Assembly (NCBI GenBank): GCA_902560855.1
Contig: CACENJ010000003.1
Coordinates: 16,180 to 80,179 of the forward strand
Direction of reading: 5' to 3'
DNA from: an uncultured Pelagibacteraceae bacterium
Lineage (GTDB): Bacteria > Pseudomonadota > Alphaproteobacteria > Pelagibacterales > Pelagibacteraceae
DNA: 64,000 nucleotides
The notes beneath the pieces are model-generated. The model was not told the DNA's origin, made no database searches, and saw only the letters and a list, made by a program, of their open reading frames with translations. The position numbers and the translations under genes were made by a program. Positions 45,297 through 59,641 of this stretch are shown one piece after another (the first letter of the stretch is position 1; each line of letters opens with the position of its first letter).

Positions 45297-46538
45297 CTAG
45301 GAAAATCTTATAGAACTATAAGGTTTTAAATCTAAGTTAGTATTTTCATTTGCAATCATTTTGGATATGATCTTCCCAGATATAGCTCCTAAAGTCCATC
45401 CTAAATGATGATGTCCAAAAGAATAAAATACATTTTTATAATTTTTGGAAGAACCTATTACTGGTAGATAGTCTGGCAATGTTGGTCTAAATCCTAACCA
45501 TTCATCTTCATGTTCTGGCAAACCATCTAACAAAAATTTAGCATTATTAACTAAATTTTTTATTCTGCTTTTGCTTAATTTATTTTTTAATCCTCCAAAT
45601 TCTACAGTTCCCACTACTCTTAGTCCTTGCTCCATGGGCGTCATTCCAAAACCCCTATTTTGAAATACAACTGGACGCGAAATTAAATGATCGCAATTTT
45701 TAAAGTGAATATGATACCCTCTTTCAGTTTCCAGAGGAATTTTTTCTCCCATTTGATCTGTTAATTTTTTAGAAAAAGCGCCACATGTAATTAAAATTTT
45801 ATCAAAATCATATGAATTATCAGTTGTTTTAATTATTGGTTTTTCTTCTGAAAAACTAACACCTTCAACATTGTTTTTTTTAAAATTTCCACCTTTGGAT
45901 AAAAATAATTTATATAATTTTAGCCAAATTTTCCCAGGGTTTCTTGCGTGTCTAGCTTTTTTATAAAAAACTCCTGCATGATAAATCTTTTTTATATTTG
46001 GTTCCAAATCATGAATTTCTTTTTTATTTAAAAGCTGCTGTTCAGCCCCTATTTCATTTCTAATATTAATTTCTAACTCCCTGCTTTTTAAATTTTGATC
46101 ATTCCAAATGTACATAATGCCTTTATTTTCTACTAGTCCAGACAAATCAATTTCTTCAAATAATTCATCATATGCTGGCAAGGCAGAATCTAATATTTGA
46201 TGCATATATTTTGCAGTGTGCATCATATTTTTTGTACTGCAACTTTTCAAAAATTTTAAAAACCAGGGAATCATTTTTGGAACATAGTTCCACTTTAAAG
46301 CTAAAGGTCCAGAAGAACTTAAAAGCATTGCTGGTACATCTGTCAATATATCAGGTCTGTTTAAAGGAATAGAAGCATAAGGTGAAAAATGCCCTGCATT
46401 ACCATATGATGCTGATAAATTTCCAGGTTCTTCTCTGTCAATTAAAGTTACATCAAAATTTTTTTTTTGAAGAAATAGTGCACTACATACTCCTTGAATT
46501 CCTGCTCCTATAATTCCTATTTTTAAATTTTTTGACAT
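45297..46538 (-). CDS. FAD-dependent D-amino acid dehydrogenase (DadA/DAO family)
   Basis: IIGAGIQG, ASYGNAG, ERGYH, WLGFRPTLPD, FGHHHLGWT. Confidence 0.85.
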   Translation of the reverse strand: MSKNLKIGIIGAGIQGVCSALFLQKKNFDVTLIDREEPGNLSASYGNAGHFSPYASIPLNRPDILTDVPAMLLSSSGPLALKWNYVPKMIPWFLKFLKSCSTKNMMHTAKYMHQILDSALPAYDELFEEIDLSGLVENKGIMYIWNDQNLKSRELEINIRNEIGAEQQLLNKKEIHDLEPNIKKIYHAGVFYKKARHARNPGKIWLKLYKLFLSKGGNFKKNNVEGVSFSEEKPIIKTTDNSYDFDKILITCGAFSKKLTDQMGEKIPLETERGYHIHFKNCDHLISRPVVFQNRGFGMTPMEQGLRVVGTVEFGGLKNKLSKSRIKNLVNNAKFLLDGLPEHEDEWLGFRPTLPDYLPVIGSSKNYKNVFYSFGHHHLGWTLGAISGKIISKMIANENTNLDLKPYSSIRFS

Positions 46539-47662
46539 TAGGAAATTAGTTGTCGACTATATATTTTTGAACTCATAACAATGCTTAAACCTATCATTGT
46601 AGCCAACATTGAAGAACCACCATAAGACATAATTGGCAAAGGAGAGCCAACTATTGGCACCAATCCTAATACCATGCACATATTCACAACAATATAAATA
46701 AAAATTGCCGAACCAAAACCATAACAATACAATTTAGCAAAAAAACTTCTAGCAATAGATCCTATTGCAATTATTCTATAAATCATTATTGAATAAATTA
46801 TTAATAAAGCTATCGATCCTATAAAACCAAATTCCTCTGAGAACAATGTAAAAATAAAGTCAGTATGTTTTTCTGGTAGAAACTCTAAGTAACTTTGTGT
46901 ACCTTTTAAAAATCCTTTCCCCCACATTCCCCCGGAACCAACTGCAATTTTTGATTGAATTATTTGATACCCAGATCCTAAAGGGTCCCTCTCGGGATCA
47001 AAAAAAGTTAATATTCTCAATTTTTGATATGGTTTTAAAAAAGATATAACAAATGGTGCAGAAACAATAAAAACTAAACCTGAATAAATAAAATATTTAA
47101 TATTAACACCAGATAACCATATAACAACAAGTCCGCTTAAAGCTATTAATATGGAAGTCCCAAGATCGGGTTGGCTTAAAACTAAAAGTATTGGAATAAC
47201 TAAAATAATTATTGGACTTAATAAGTTTTTAAATTTATTTACGTTGCTAAGTTGCATGCGATGATAATATTTTGCAAAACAAATTATAACTGCAATCTTC
47301 ATTAACTCTGAAGGTTGTAAGTTTATGATGTATAAGTTAATCCATCTTTGAGAACCAGATACGGTTATTCCATAAAAAGAAGCATAAATTAATAATAAAA
47401 CTACTACTACATAAAAAAAATAACCCAAAGCATGCCAAAAATTAATTTTTACAAAGGAAAGGATTAACATTAATAAGAAAAAGACTCCGAATCTAATCAT
47501 ATGACCTACCGTATAATATGAAAATTGTCCGCCATCAGAAGAATACATTGCAATAACACCAATTATTCCAAGAGCTAAAATAGATATTATTAATGTTATG
47601 TCAAAACTCCTAACTTTTTGGAAAAAAGTTAATTGATCTGAATATATCCTTTGTCTAAGCAT
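46538..47662 (-). CDS. rodA: rod shape-determining protein RodA
   Basis: GSQRWI, LQPSELMK, QPDLGT, GYQIIQSKIAVGSG, PEKHTDFIF, SYGGSS. Confidence 0.96.
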   Translation of the reverse strand: MLRQRIYSDQLTFFQKVRSFDITLIISILALGIIGVIAMYSSDGGQFSYYTVGHMIRFGVFFLLMLILSFVKINFWHALGYFFYVVVVLLLIYASFYGITVSGSQRWINLYIINLQPSELMKIAVIICFAKYYHRMQLSNVNKFKNLLSPIIILVIPILLVLSQPDLGTSILIALSGLVVIWLSGVNIKYFIYSGLVFIVSAPFVISFLKPYQKLRILTFFDPERDPLGSGYQIIQSKIAVGSGGMWGKGFLKGTQSYLEFLPEKHTDFIFTLFSEEFGFIGSIALLIIYSIMIYRIIAIGSIARSFFAKLYCYGFGSAIFIYIVVNMCMVLGLVPIVGSPLPIMSYGGSSMLATMIGLSIVMSSKIYSRQLIS

Positions 47663-47663
47663 T

Positions 47664-49637
47664 TTAAGTATTTATAAATTTTCCTAATCTATTTTTTTCT
47701 CTTAAATCGTGTCTATCTATAACTAATTTAAATATTTTTTTTGCCATAGGAGCTGCAGTAACACTTCCTGATCCTCCATGTTCAACTATAATACTGACTG
47801 CATATCTAGGATTTGCATAAGGGCCATAAGCTACGTAAAGTGCGTGGTCTCTATCCTCATAAGGTATTTCGCTAGTTTTTAAATCCAGCTCTCTTTGCTC
47901 TTCAGTTATCTTTTTTACTTGGGCAGTTCCAGTTTTTCCTGCAAATTGATATTTTTTATCATCAAACCTTGAAGAATAAGAAGTTCCATATATTTCATTT
48001 GTAGAACCAAACATTGCTTCTAAAACAAATTTTACGTTTTCTTGGTTTCTAAATAATGGTTTGTATTCATCAACTCTGTAATTTAAAAACTTTTTGCCAG
48101 TTTCTATTATTCCTAATTGACTTTCTTTTCTTTCATCAATTCTTTCTAAAATTTTATTTTTTATTATTTCTAAAGAATCTTTACTTTCATTTAGATTAAT
48201 TTTTGGATAAATTTTAAACCCACCATTTGCTAATTGAGCAGTCATCAAACATAATTGCAAAGGTGTTGTTTGAATATAACCTTGACCAATACCAGTAATC
48301 AATGTTTCCCCTAAAACCCAACCCCTTCCTAAATTATTTTTTTTCCATTTTGTTGAAGGTACAAGGCCTTTTTTTTCATCTAAAAAAATGCCTTCCATTG
48401 TCTTTTCTCCTAAACCATATTTTTTTGCGGTTAAACTTAATCTATCTACACCCAATCTTCTTGCTGCTTCATAAAAATATGAATCACAAGATTGTTTAAT
48501 TGCATTTCTAAGCTTCATGTATCCATGTCCTTCTTTTTTCCAACAATGATATGTTTGGCCGTAAAGTTCCATTTTCCCCCTACATTCGATCATAAGATCT
48601 GGACTAATCACATCATTTTCTAAAGCAGATAGAGCGACCAATGGTTTTAAAGTTGATCCTGGAGAGTAAAGACCTGATATTGTTTTGTTTAAAAGTGGTT
48701 TTAAAGGATTTTCTCTAATTTCTTTCCACTTTTCATTGCTAATCCCATGAAAAAATAAATTTGGATCAAAAGAAGGAGAAGAATGCATAGCAACTATTTC
48801 TCCTGTAAATATATCCATTACAACAATTGATCCTGATCGATCTCTTAAAAGATCATTAGCTAATTTTTGAACTTCAACATCAACGGTTAATCTAATATTT
48901 TTTCCTTTTACTCCATCCACATGATCTAATTGATTTATTCTTTTTCCATATGCATTAACCTCATATCTTTGGACACCGTTAGTTCCGATAAGATCTTTTT
49001 CAAATGTTTTTTCTAAACCTATTTTTCCTACCCTGAGTCCAGGAACGTGGTTGTTTTTTATTATTTCATTTTCATTTAAGTCAGAAACACTTGCTCTAGA
49101 TACATATCCCAAAACATGAGTAAGATTTTCTTTGTATGGATAGCTTCTTGAAATAGACAAAACGGGTTTTGCGCCATCTAGTTCATGAAGATATAAGTTT
49201 AATTTAGAAAATTGTTCCCATGATAAATTTTCAGAAATTATTAGTGTTTCCCATGGCTTTTGTTTTTGTTTCTTTCTTATTATCTTTACGTATTCTTTTT
49301 CACTTAAATTAAGAATATCTTTAAGTCTAACCATGAGAGCTTTAAAATCATTAACCTCTTCTGGTACAATATGTAATTGATAAACTTCTGTATTTCCTGC
49401 AATAACTTTTCCAAAGTAATCTAAAAAATCTCCTCTTACAGGAGGAAGTCTCCATTCTCTTAATCTGTTTTTATCAGATAGAGTTAAATATTTTTTATTT
49501 TCATTAATTTGCAAAGAAAACAATCTTGCTACAATTCCACCAAATACAATAACTTTAGCTGTTGAAAGAATAAACATTCTTCTGCTAATTTTATTAAGTT
49601 TGCCTCCTAATCCACTATCACCACCAGAACTAATCAT
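47664..49637 (-). CDS. mrdA: penicillin-binding protein 2
   Basis: PGSTLK (SxxK), SCD (SxD), KTGTAQV; located in the mre operon. Confidence 0.96.
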   Translation of the reverse strand: MISSGGDSGLGGKLNKISRRMFILSTAKVIVFGGIVARLFSLQINENKKYLTLSDKNRLREWRLPPVRGDFLDYFGKVIAGNTEVYQLHIVPEEVNDFKALMVRLKDILNLSEKEYVKIIRKKQKQKPWETLIISENLSWEQFSKLNLYLHELDGAKPVLSISRSYPYKENLTHVLGYVSRASVSDLNENEIIKNNHVPGLRVGKIGLEKTFEKDLIGTNGVQRYEVNAYGKRINQLDHVDGVKGKNIRLTVDVEVQKLANDLLRDRSGSIVVMDIFTGEIVAMHSSPSFDPNLFFHGISNEKWKEIRENPLKPLLNKTISGLYSPGSTLKPLVALSALENDVISPDLMIECRGKMELYGQTYHCWKKEGHGYMKLRNAIKQSCDSYFYEAARRLGVDRLSLTAKKYGLGEKTMEGIFLDEKKGLVPSTKWKKNNLGRGWVLGETLITGIGQGYIQTTPLQLCLMTAQLANGGFKIYPKINLNESKDSLEIIKNKILERIDERKESQLGIIETGKKFLNYRVDEYKPLFRNQENVKFVLEAMFGSTNEIYGTSYSSRFDDKKYQFAGKTGTAQVKKITEEQRELDLKTSEIPYEDRDHALYVAYGPYANPRYAVSIIVEHGGSGSVTAAPMAKKIFKLVIDRHDLREKNRLGKFINT

Positions 49638-50142
49638 CGGACTCTTTTAAATATTTGTTTTGATATAATAAAAATAAATTTCCTAAAATAATATAAAAAA
49701 TAAAAGTAAAAAAAATATTAAAGAATAAATTTTTATAATTTAGATCTATAGAGAAAAAAATATTAAGAACACTATAGCTTAAAGAATTTACCACTAAAAT
49801 TGTAAACAAGAAAAAAAACCAGTCTTTAACCATGCTGGGTCTTAAAGTTATTGTTCTAAGATAAGCAGCAAATCCACATATCAATAAATAGTTAAAGCTG
49901 CTTATGCCAATTGGAAATCCAGTTACTACATCATTAAATATACCAGCTAAAAAAATATAACCATATCCTAAAAGCTCACTTTTTCTAAGGCTCCAATAAA
50001 AAATCAAAATAAATGGAAAATTAAACGAAAAGATTTCTAAATAATTTAAATCAATTTCATTTAATACAGATATAAATAAAATCACTGCTGGGGCTAATTT
50101 TATTAATTTGCTAACTACATTTCCTTTTACAAATTCACTCAT
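49630..50142 (-). CDS. mreD: rod shape-determining protein MreD
   Basis: Hydrophobic 170 aa between mreC and mrdA; IFYW, GIFNDVVTG.PIG. Confidence 0.85.
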   Translation of the reverse strand: MSEFVKGNVVSKLIKLAPAVILFISVLNEIDLNYLEIFSFNFPFILIFYWSLRKSELLGYGYIFLAGIFNDVVTGFPIGISSFNYLLICGFAAYLRTITLRPSMVKDWFFFLFTILVVNSLSYSVLNIFFSIDLNYKNLFFNIFFTFIFYIILGNLFLLYQNKYLKESDD

Positions 50143-50987
50143 TATTTCTTTTCTTCCTCTGTATAAGATGACACTTGCACATATCTTAATTGTGTAAAAT
50201 CACTAAAAAAATCTACATTATTTTGATTTTCATTATTAAGAATTTTGCCGATGGGTATTCCTGGCTTTAACAAACCACCTGTTCCTGAAGTATAAACTAC
50301 GCTATCCGTTTTAATAAAATCATTATTTTTAGTATATTGAATTAGCCCAGAATTTTTTCCATTTCCAGATAATATAGACTGAATGCTTCCTGGTTCTATT
50401 GATACTGGAATTCTACTATTTAAATCGGACAATAGAAGAACTCTTGAAGTTGTATAGTTAACTTCTACTATTTTTCCTATTAAATAGTTGTCACTTAGTA
50501 CTGCCATACCTTTTTTAAGTTTATTTTTGCTTCCTTTGTTAATTATTATCGATCTAAGAAATGGACTTTGTTTATCAATTAAAACCTTTGCTATTGTGGA
50601 TTTTGAAGAATAAGTAATATCTTCAAGAATTTTCTTTAATCTTTTATTTTCTGCTTCTAAAAATTCTGCCTTATATTTTTTAGATTTGACTTCTTTTAAC
50701 TCTTCTTCAATTGTGGAATAATCTTTATAAATTTTAATATGTTCTTCTATTGTCTTTAATGAATATCCGATATATTTTTCCGGTAGAGAAGTTACAAAGG
50801 CAGTACGATATAAAATTTCATTAATTCCAACTTTTAAGTAATTTATTGGTGTAAAATTAATTTTTCCTAAAATAATTAAAAGAATTGAAAAAATTAATAA
50901 AGCAATTAATGAAAATCTTTGTTTGGTTCCTTTTTTTAAAAAAGCTGAACGAATAGCTATTATAAAATCATCTCTACTCGGTTCCAT
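50142..50987 (-). CDS. mreC: rod shape-determining protein MreC
   Basis: ENKRLK coiled coil, INKGS, GKIVEV, SRVLLLSD, TSGTGG. Confidence 0.93.
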   Translation of the reverse strand: MEPSRDDFIIAIRSAFLKKGTKQRFSLIALLIFSILLIILGKINFTPINYLKVGINEILYRTAFVTSLPEKYIGYSLKTIEEHIKIYKDYSTIEEELKEVKSKKYKAEFLEAENKRLKKILEDITYSSKSTIAKVLIDKQSPFLRSIIINKGSKNKLKKGMAVLSDNYLIGKIVEVNYTTSRVLLLSDLNSRIPVSIEPGSIQSILSGNGKNSGLIQYTKNNDFIKTDSVVYTSGTGGLLKPGIPIGKILNNENQNNVDFFSDFTQLRYVQVSSYTEEEKK

Positions 50988-51008
50988 CTTTTCCTATTAT
51001 TAATCAAG

Positions 51009-53628
<2,620 letters not shown>

Positions 53629-53656
53629 TAAAGTAAATTTTTAGAAACACATCATA

Positions 53657-53696
53657 CAATCTCTAGGGGAGATTGCAAAATATTTTAGATATTTTG
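53657..53696. terminator. two tandem hairpins between ilvC and leuA (possible terminator or processing signal)
   Basis: CAATCTC-taggg-GAGATTG (53657-75) and CAAAATAT-tttag-ATATTTTG (53676-96). No strong U-tract. Confidence 0.35.
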
Positions 53697-53717
53697 ACCC
53701 AAAATTAACAGTTTAAT

Positions 53718-54749
<1,032 letters not shown>

Positions 54750-54757
54750 CTATTAAA

Positions 54758-55306
54758 TTATTTAAATATCTCTGAACCTCTTGTCATTGCAACTGCGCCA
54801 GTTCTAGATACACTTACAAGGCCAAATTTTTTCAAATTTTTTGACATTTTATCTATTTCTCTTCTTAAAGCAGTTATTTGTATCACGTATGATTTATTTG
54901 TCTTGTCCAATATAACAGGGTTATACTTTTTACAAGCTTTTAAAGCTTTTTCTTTTTTAGAGTTACCACCAACTACCTTAAATAAAGCCATTTCTTTGAA
55001 AATTACTTTTTTATCTTCTCTTTTAAAATCAGCAACTTTGTGAACTGGTACAAGTTTTTTTAATTGCAATTTTATTTGTTCTATAACTTGCGGTGTTCCA
55101 GTAGTCACTATTGTAATTCTTGAAATATTTAGTTTAGGATCAACTTCAGCAACAGCTAGTGATTCAATATTATAACCACGTCCAGAAAATAATCCAACAA
55201 CTCGTGCCAAAACTCCCGCTTCATTGTCTACCCATACAACAATTATATGAGTATCAAATCTACCCTGCTTAACTGGCACACTATATGCTGATCTTGATCT
55301 AACCAT
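54758..55306 (-). CDS. ilvH: acetolactate synthase small (regulatory) subunit
   Basis: VDNEAGVLARVVGLFSGRGYNIESL ACT domain; SRTG. Confidence 0.95.
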   Translation of the reverse strand: MVRSRSAYSVPVKQGRFDTHIIVVWVDNEAGVLARVVGLFSGRGYNIESLAVAEVDPKLNISRITIVTTGTPQVIEQIKLQLKKLVPVHKVADFKREDKKVIFKEMALFKVVGGNSKKEKALKACKKYNPVILDKTNKSYVIQITALRREIDKMSKNLKKFGLVSVSRTGAVAMTRGSEIFK

Positions 55307-57072
55307 TAAACTAAAGTTTTTCCTTTCCCGGTTATTTTTTTTTCTTTTTTATCATTTGGCCCTAAAAGCATTTGATTATGTGGTTTTCCAGAAGGAATCA
55401 TAGGAAAGCAGTTTTCTTCTTTATCAACTAAACAATCAAATATAACTGGTCTATCTGTGTTAATCATTTCAATAATTTTATCATCTAATTCTTCTGGTTT
55501 TGTTGCTCTTATACCAACGCAACCATAGGCCTCGGCTAGTTTAACAAAATCTGGCAAAGCTGCGGTGTAACTTTCAGAATAATTCTTATCATGAAGAAGT
55601 TCTTGCCACTGTCTAACCATTCCCATGTATTCGTTGTTCAATATAAATATCTTAATTGGCAAACTATATTGAACTGCAGTAGACATTTCTTGCATTGTCA
55701 TTAGTACTGATGCTTCACCAGCAATATCAATAACAAGTTTGTTTGGATGTGCAACTTGAACACCTACAGCAGCAGGCAGTCCATAGCCCATTGTGCCTAG
55801 GCCTCCAGAAGTCATCCAACGATTAGGTTTGTCAAATTTGTAATGTTGTGCAGCCCACATTTGATGTTGTCCTACTTCGGTAGTTATATAAGTGTCTTTG
55901 TTTTTAGTTAATTCATAAAGTCTTTGAACGGCATACTGAGGCTTTATAGTTTCTTCGCTGTTAACAAAATTAAATGAATTGACTGATCTCCATTTTTGAA
56001 TTTTTTCCCACCATTTAGAAATCTTTTGTTTGTTTGATTTTGCAAAATTAGGTTTTACTTTTTTTATAGTTTTGATCGTAGAATTAATAACTTCAGCAAC
56101 ATCTCCTACGATTGGTAAATCTACTTTAACATTTTTGTTTATTGAAGATGGATCAATGTCAATATGAACCTTTTTTGATTTAGGTGAAAATTCGTCTATC
56201 TTACCTGTAATTCTATCATCAAATCTTGCACCAATATTTATCATTAAATCGCAATCATGCATTGCATTGTTTGCTTCGTAAGATCCATGCATGCCAAGCA
56301 TTCCCAAAAATAAACCATCTTCACCAGGATAAGATCCAAGACCCTGCAATGTTGATGTTATTGGAAAACCAGTTATATTAACCAGCTCTCTTAGAAGTTC
56401 ACTTGCTTTTGGTCCTGAGTTTATAACGCCGCCACCAGTGTAAAAAATTGGTTTAGTTGCTTTACTCATTAATTTTATTAACTCATTAATATCTTTTTGT
56501 GAAAATTGATTATTAATTTTGCCGTTCGATTTTTTTTGTTTTTTAAATTTTGTATAGCTCGTTTTTTGAAATTGAACGTCTTTTGGAATATCTACTAGTA
56601 CGGGACCTGGTCTTCCAGTTGTTGCAACTTCAAAAGCTTTATGAATTGTTTTTTCTAAATCTTTAACATCTTTAACTAGCCAGTTATGTTTTGTACACGG
56701 TCTAGTTATTCCTGTTGTGTCGCATTCTTGAAAAGCATCTGTTCCGATTAAATGAGTTGGGACTTGTCCTGAAATGCAAACTAAAGGAACTGAGTCCATG
56801 TAAGCATCTGTTAAAGCAGTTACAGCATTTGTTGCGCCTGGACCTGATGTAACTAAAAGCACTCCTGGTTTTCCAGATGATCTTGCATAACCTTCAGCAG
56901 CATGTCCAGCTCCTTGTTCATGACGAACCAAAATATGTTTTATAAATTTAAAGTTTTTTAACTCATCATAAATTGGCAATACAGCTCCGCCTGGATAACC
57001 AAAAACAATTTCTACTTTTTGGTCTTCTAGGCATTTAAAAACAATTTCAGCTCCTGAATACAATTTTGACAT
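55306..57072 (-). CDS. ilvI: acetolactate synthase large subunit
   Basis: FGYPGGAVLPIYD, VRHEQ, TSGPGATN, MLGMHG, VGQHQMW, GMVRQWQ. Confidence 0.97.
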   Translation of the reverse strand: MSKLYSGAEIVFKCLEDQKVEIVFGYPGGAVLPIYDELKNFKFIKHILVRHEQGAGHAAEGYARSSGKPGVLLVTSGPGATNAVTALTDAYMDSVPLVCISGQVPTHLIGTDAFQECDTTGITRPCTKHNWLVKDVKDLEKTIHKAFEVATTGRPGPVLVDIPKDVQFQKTSYTKFKKQKKSNGKINNQFSQKDINELIKLMSKATKPIFYTGGGVINSGPKASELLRELVNITGFPITSTLQGLGSYPGEDGLFLGMLGMHGSYEANNAMHDCDLMINIGARFDDRITGKIDEFSPKSKKVHIDIDPSSINKNVKVDLPIVGDVAEVINSTIKTIKKVKPNFAKSNKQKISKWWEKIQKWRSVNSFNFVNSEETIKPQYAVQRLYELTKNKDTYITTEVGQHQMWAAQHYKFDKPNRWMTSGGLGTMGYGLPAAVGVQVAHPNKLVIDIAGEASVLMTMQEMSTAVQYSLPIKIFILNNEYMGMVRQWQELLHDKNYSESYTAALPDFVKLAEAYGCVGIRATKPEELDDKIIEMINTDRPVIFDCLVDKEENCFPMIPSGKPHNQMLLGPNDKKEKKITGKGKTLV

Positions 57073-57122
57073 TCAGCCAATCTAGCTGAAGTTGTGCTAA
57101 TTGGTCAAGTTTAAGACTTCAA

Positions 57123-58034
57123 TTATTTTAGATTTTTTAAAGTTATGCTTAAATTGTTAGGTTTAATTTTTTGCCAAGACATCATTTGCCCTCTTGCCCA
57201 CGTTGTTTGTCTTTTAGCATATTGCCTTGTTTTTATAAAAATTCTTTCCTTTGTTTCAGTTAACTTAAGCTTTCCATTTAATAAATTGTTTATTTCTTCA
57301 ATTCCAATGACTTTCTTGGAACTATTATCTTTTTTTACTTTTAATTTATTAAACTTTTTAACTTCAAGGACCGCCCCTTCTTTAAACATTTGATCAACTC
57401 TTTTTTTAATTCTAGAAACTAATTCTTCTCTTGGAAAATCTATATATATTTTTTCAAAGTTTCTTGGATCAAACAGAATTTTTGTTCTTTTAAACCATTG
57501 AGCAATTGATTTTCCTGTAAATTTTTTTATTTCATAAGCCCTTATGCTTCTTTGTGCATCGTTTGGATTAATTTGATTTATTATTTGTGGGTCAATTTTT
57601 TTCAGATTTTGATAAAATTTATATTGTCCTATTTTCTTTTGTAAACGTCTTATTTTATTTCTAAAACTTAAAGGAATGTTCGGTAATTTTACTAATCCGT
57701 CAGTAAGAGATTTAAAATAAAGGCCTGTGCCTCCTACTAAAATAGGTACTTTATTTATTTTTTGTATTTCTTTAATTTTAGCTTCAACAAGCTTTAACCA
57801 ATCTCCTGTAGAAAATTTTTTTTTTACATCTTGAAAGCCATAAAGATGATGTTTAATATTTTTTTGTTCTTTTTTTTTGGGGCGAGCAGTTAATATATTA
57901 AATTGTTTATAAACTTGCATGCTATCAGAATTGATAATTTCTCCATTTATTTTTTTTGCTAATTTTACTGCAAAATTTGATTTTCCCGAAGCAGTAGGAC
58001 CGTAGATCAGAACTATTTTGGACTTAATGTCCAT
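57123..58034 (-). CDS. miaA: tRNA dimethylallyltransferase
   Basis: GPTASGKS, DSMQVY, VGGTGLY, TRQYAKRQTTW. Confidence 0.97.
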   Translation of the reverse strand: MDIKSKIVLIYGPTASGKSNFAVKLAKKINGEIINSDSMQVYKQFNILTARPKKKEQKNIKHHLYGFQDVKKKFSTGDWLKLVEAKIKEIQKINKVPILVGGTGLYFKSLTDGLVKLPNIPLSFRNKIRRLQKKIGQYKFYQNLKKIDPQIINQINPNDAQRSIRAYEIKKFTGKSIAQWFKRTKILFDPRNFEKIYIDFPREELVSRIKKRVDQMFKEGAVLEVKKFNKLKVKKDNSSKKVIGIEEINNLLNGKLKLTETKERIFIKTRQYAKRQTTWARGQMMSWQKIKPNNLSITLKNLK

Positions 58035-58037
58035 TTG

Positions 58038-59444
58038 TTAATTCAATTTAACACCAATATATCTTCTTTGGTTTTGATTGTTGTAAATTACTAATAATAA
58101 AGTTTTTTCACTTGATTTAAGCGCAATACTTAAAGCTATTTCTAGATCACCAACTGTTTTGATTGTTTTCTTTTGAGCTTCAATAATTATATTTCCTACT
58201 TCTAAATAATTGATTGGGCTATCATTTGCTATTTCAGTAATAACTAAACCTTTTGTATTCTTAGCAAGACCTCTTAATTCAATATCTTTTTTTGTAATTT
58301 GTCTTACACTAATTTTTAAAATATCAACTTCTTTATCTTTTGTTTCTTTTGTTTTTGATATTTTAAAGTCTTCTGAAGTTTCCAATCTTCCTAATGTTAT
58401 TTTTTTTGTTATTTCTTTTTCATTTCTCCAAATTTTAACTTCAACGATTTTACCTACTTTGGTTTGGGCAACAATTTTTGGTAGCTCTTTCATTTCATTT
58501 ATTAAAACTCCATTAAATTCTAAAATTATATCTCCAGCTTTTACTCCTGCTTTATCTGATGGGCTATTGCTAGCAACGCTTGCAACAAGCGCACCTCGAG
58601 GTTTATCCAGTTTTTCTACATCAGCGATTTCTTTTGTGACAACTTGAATTCTGACACCAAGCCATCCTCTTTTTGTTTCACCAAATTCTATTAATTGATC
58701 AATAACTTTTTTTGCACTATTAGATGGAATTGCAAAACCAATACCGATTGATCCTGACTGACCTAAAATTGCTGTATTGATTCCAATTACATCGCCATTC
58801 ATATCAAAAAGTGGTCCACCCGAATTTCCAACATTAATTGATGCATCTGTTTGAATAAAGTCTTCATATCTATTCATTCCAATATCTCTATTTCTTGCAG
58901 AAATTATTCCTGATGTGACTGTGCCACCTAAACCAAAAGGATTTCCAATTGCAATAACCCAGTCACCAATTCTAGCATTATCAGAATTGCCAAATTTAAC
59001 TGGTGTAAATTTTTCTTCAGATTGAATTTTAAGAACAGCAACATCAGATAATGGGTCAGCCCCTAAAACTTTTGCGGTATATTCTCTATTTCCATCAACT
59101 CTTACTAAAATATCTTCAGCTCCTGAAATAACATGATTGTTTGTTACAACTATACCTTTTGCATCAATTATAAAACCCGATCCTAATGCGCTTGCCTTTC
59201 TTTCTTTAGGAGTTCCAAATTCTTTGAACATATCTTCAAATGGTGATCCCGGAGGAAATTCAAAAGGAAATGGATTTCCTTGGGTAACTACTGTTTGAGT
59301 TGTAGATATATTTACAACTGAAGGCATTAGCTTTTCAGCTAAATCTGCAAAAGAACTTGGAACTTCTTTGCTATTTCCTTCAATATTAAAGAAAAAATAA
59401 AAGAATATTAAATATATAAATAATTTTTTTGATCTAATTTTCAT
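58038..59444 (-). CDS. degP: Do/DegP-family serine endoprotease with 2 PDZ domains
   Basis: GSGFII, TNNHV, SDVAVL, GNSGGPL, RGWLGV. Confidence 0.93.
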   Translation of the reverse strand: MKIRSKKLFIYLIFFYFFFNIEGNSKEVPSSFADLAEKLMPSVVNISTTQTVVTQGNPFPFEFPPGSPFEDMFKEFGTPKERKASALGSGFIIDAKGIVVTNNHVISGAEDILVRVDGNREYTAKVLGADPLSDVAVLKIQSEEKFTPVKFGNSDNARIGDWVIAIGNPFGLGGTVTSGIISARNRDIGMNRYEDFIQTDASINVGNSGGPLFDMNGDVIGINTAILGQSGSIGIGFAIPSNSAKKVIDQLIEFGETKRGWLGVRIQVVTKEIADVEKLDKPRGALVASVASNSPSDKAGVKAGDIILEFNGVLINEMKELPKIVAQTKVGKIVEVKIWRNEKEITKKITLGRLETSEDFKISKTKETKDKEVDILKISVRQITKKDIELRGLAKNTKGLVITEIANDSPINYLEVGNIIIEAQKKTIKTVGDLEIALSIALKSSEKTLLLVIYNNQNQRRYIGVKLN

Positions 59445-59629
59445 TACTTTTTAAAATACCAAACAACAATAAAACCAATTATTGCAAAAATAAATCCACC
59501 AAATCTTAATTGAGTCTCATTCATAGTATCAATTTTTTTTAACATATTTTTCATTTTTGATGGAAATAAGGCATATAAAATACCTTCTATAAAAAGTAGT
59601 AAGCCAAAAGCTATGATTAGCTCTTTCAT
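59444..59629 (-). CDS. DUF2065 family membrane protein
   Basis: IEGILYALFP..LRFGG; conserved position after hflC. Confidence 0.88.
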   Translation of the reverse strand: MKELIIAFGLLLFIEGILYALFPSKMKNMLKKIDTMNETQLRFGGFIFAIIGFIVVWYFKK

Positions 59630-59641
59630 AACTATTTATAT

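Noticed and set aside
57073-57122. Amino-acid attenuator upstream of ilvI
   Set aside because: The gap is only 50 bp with a small hairpin (TTCAGC/GCTGAA); there is no leader peptide with Ile/Leu/Val codons and no terminator.
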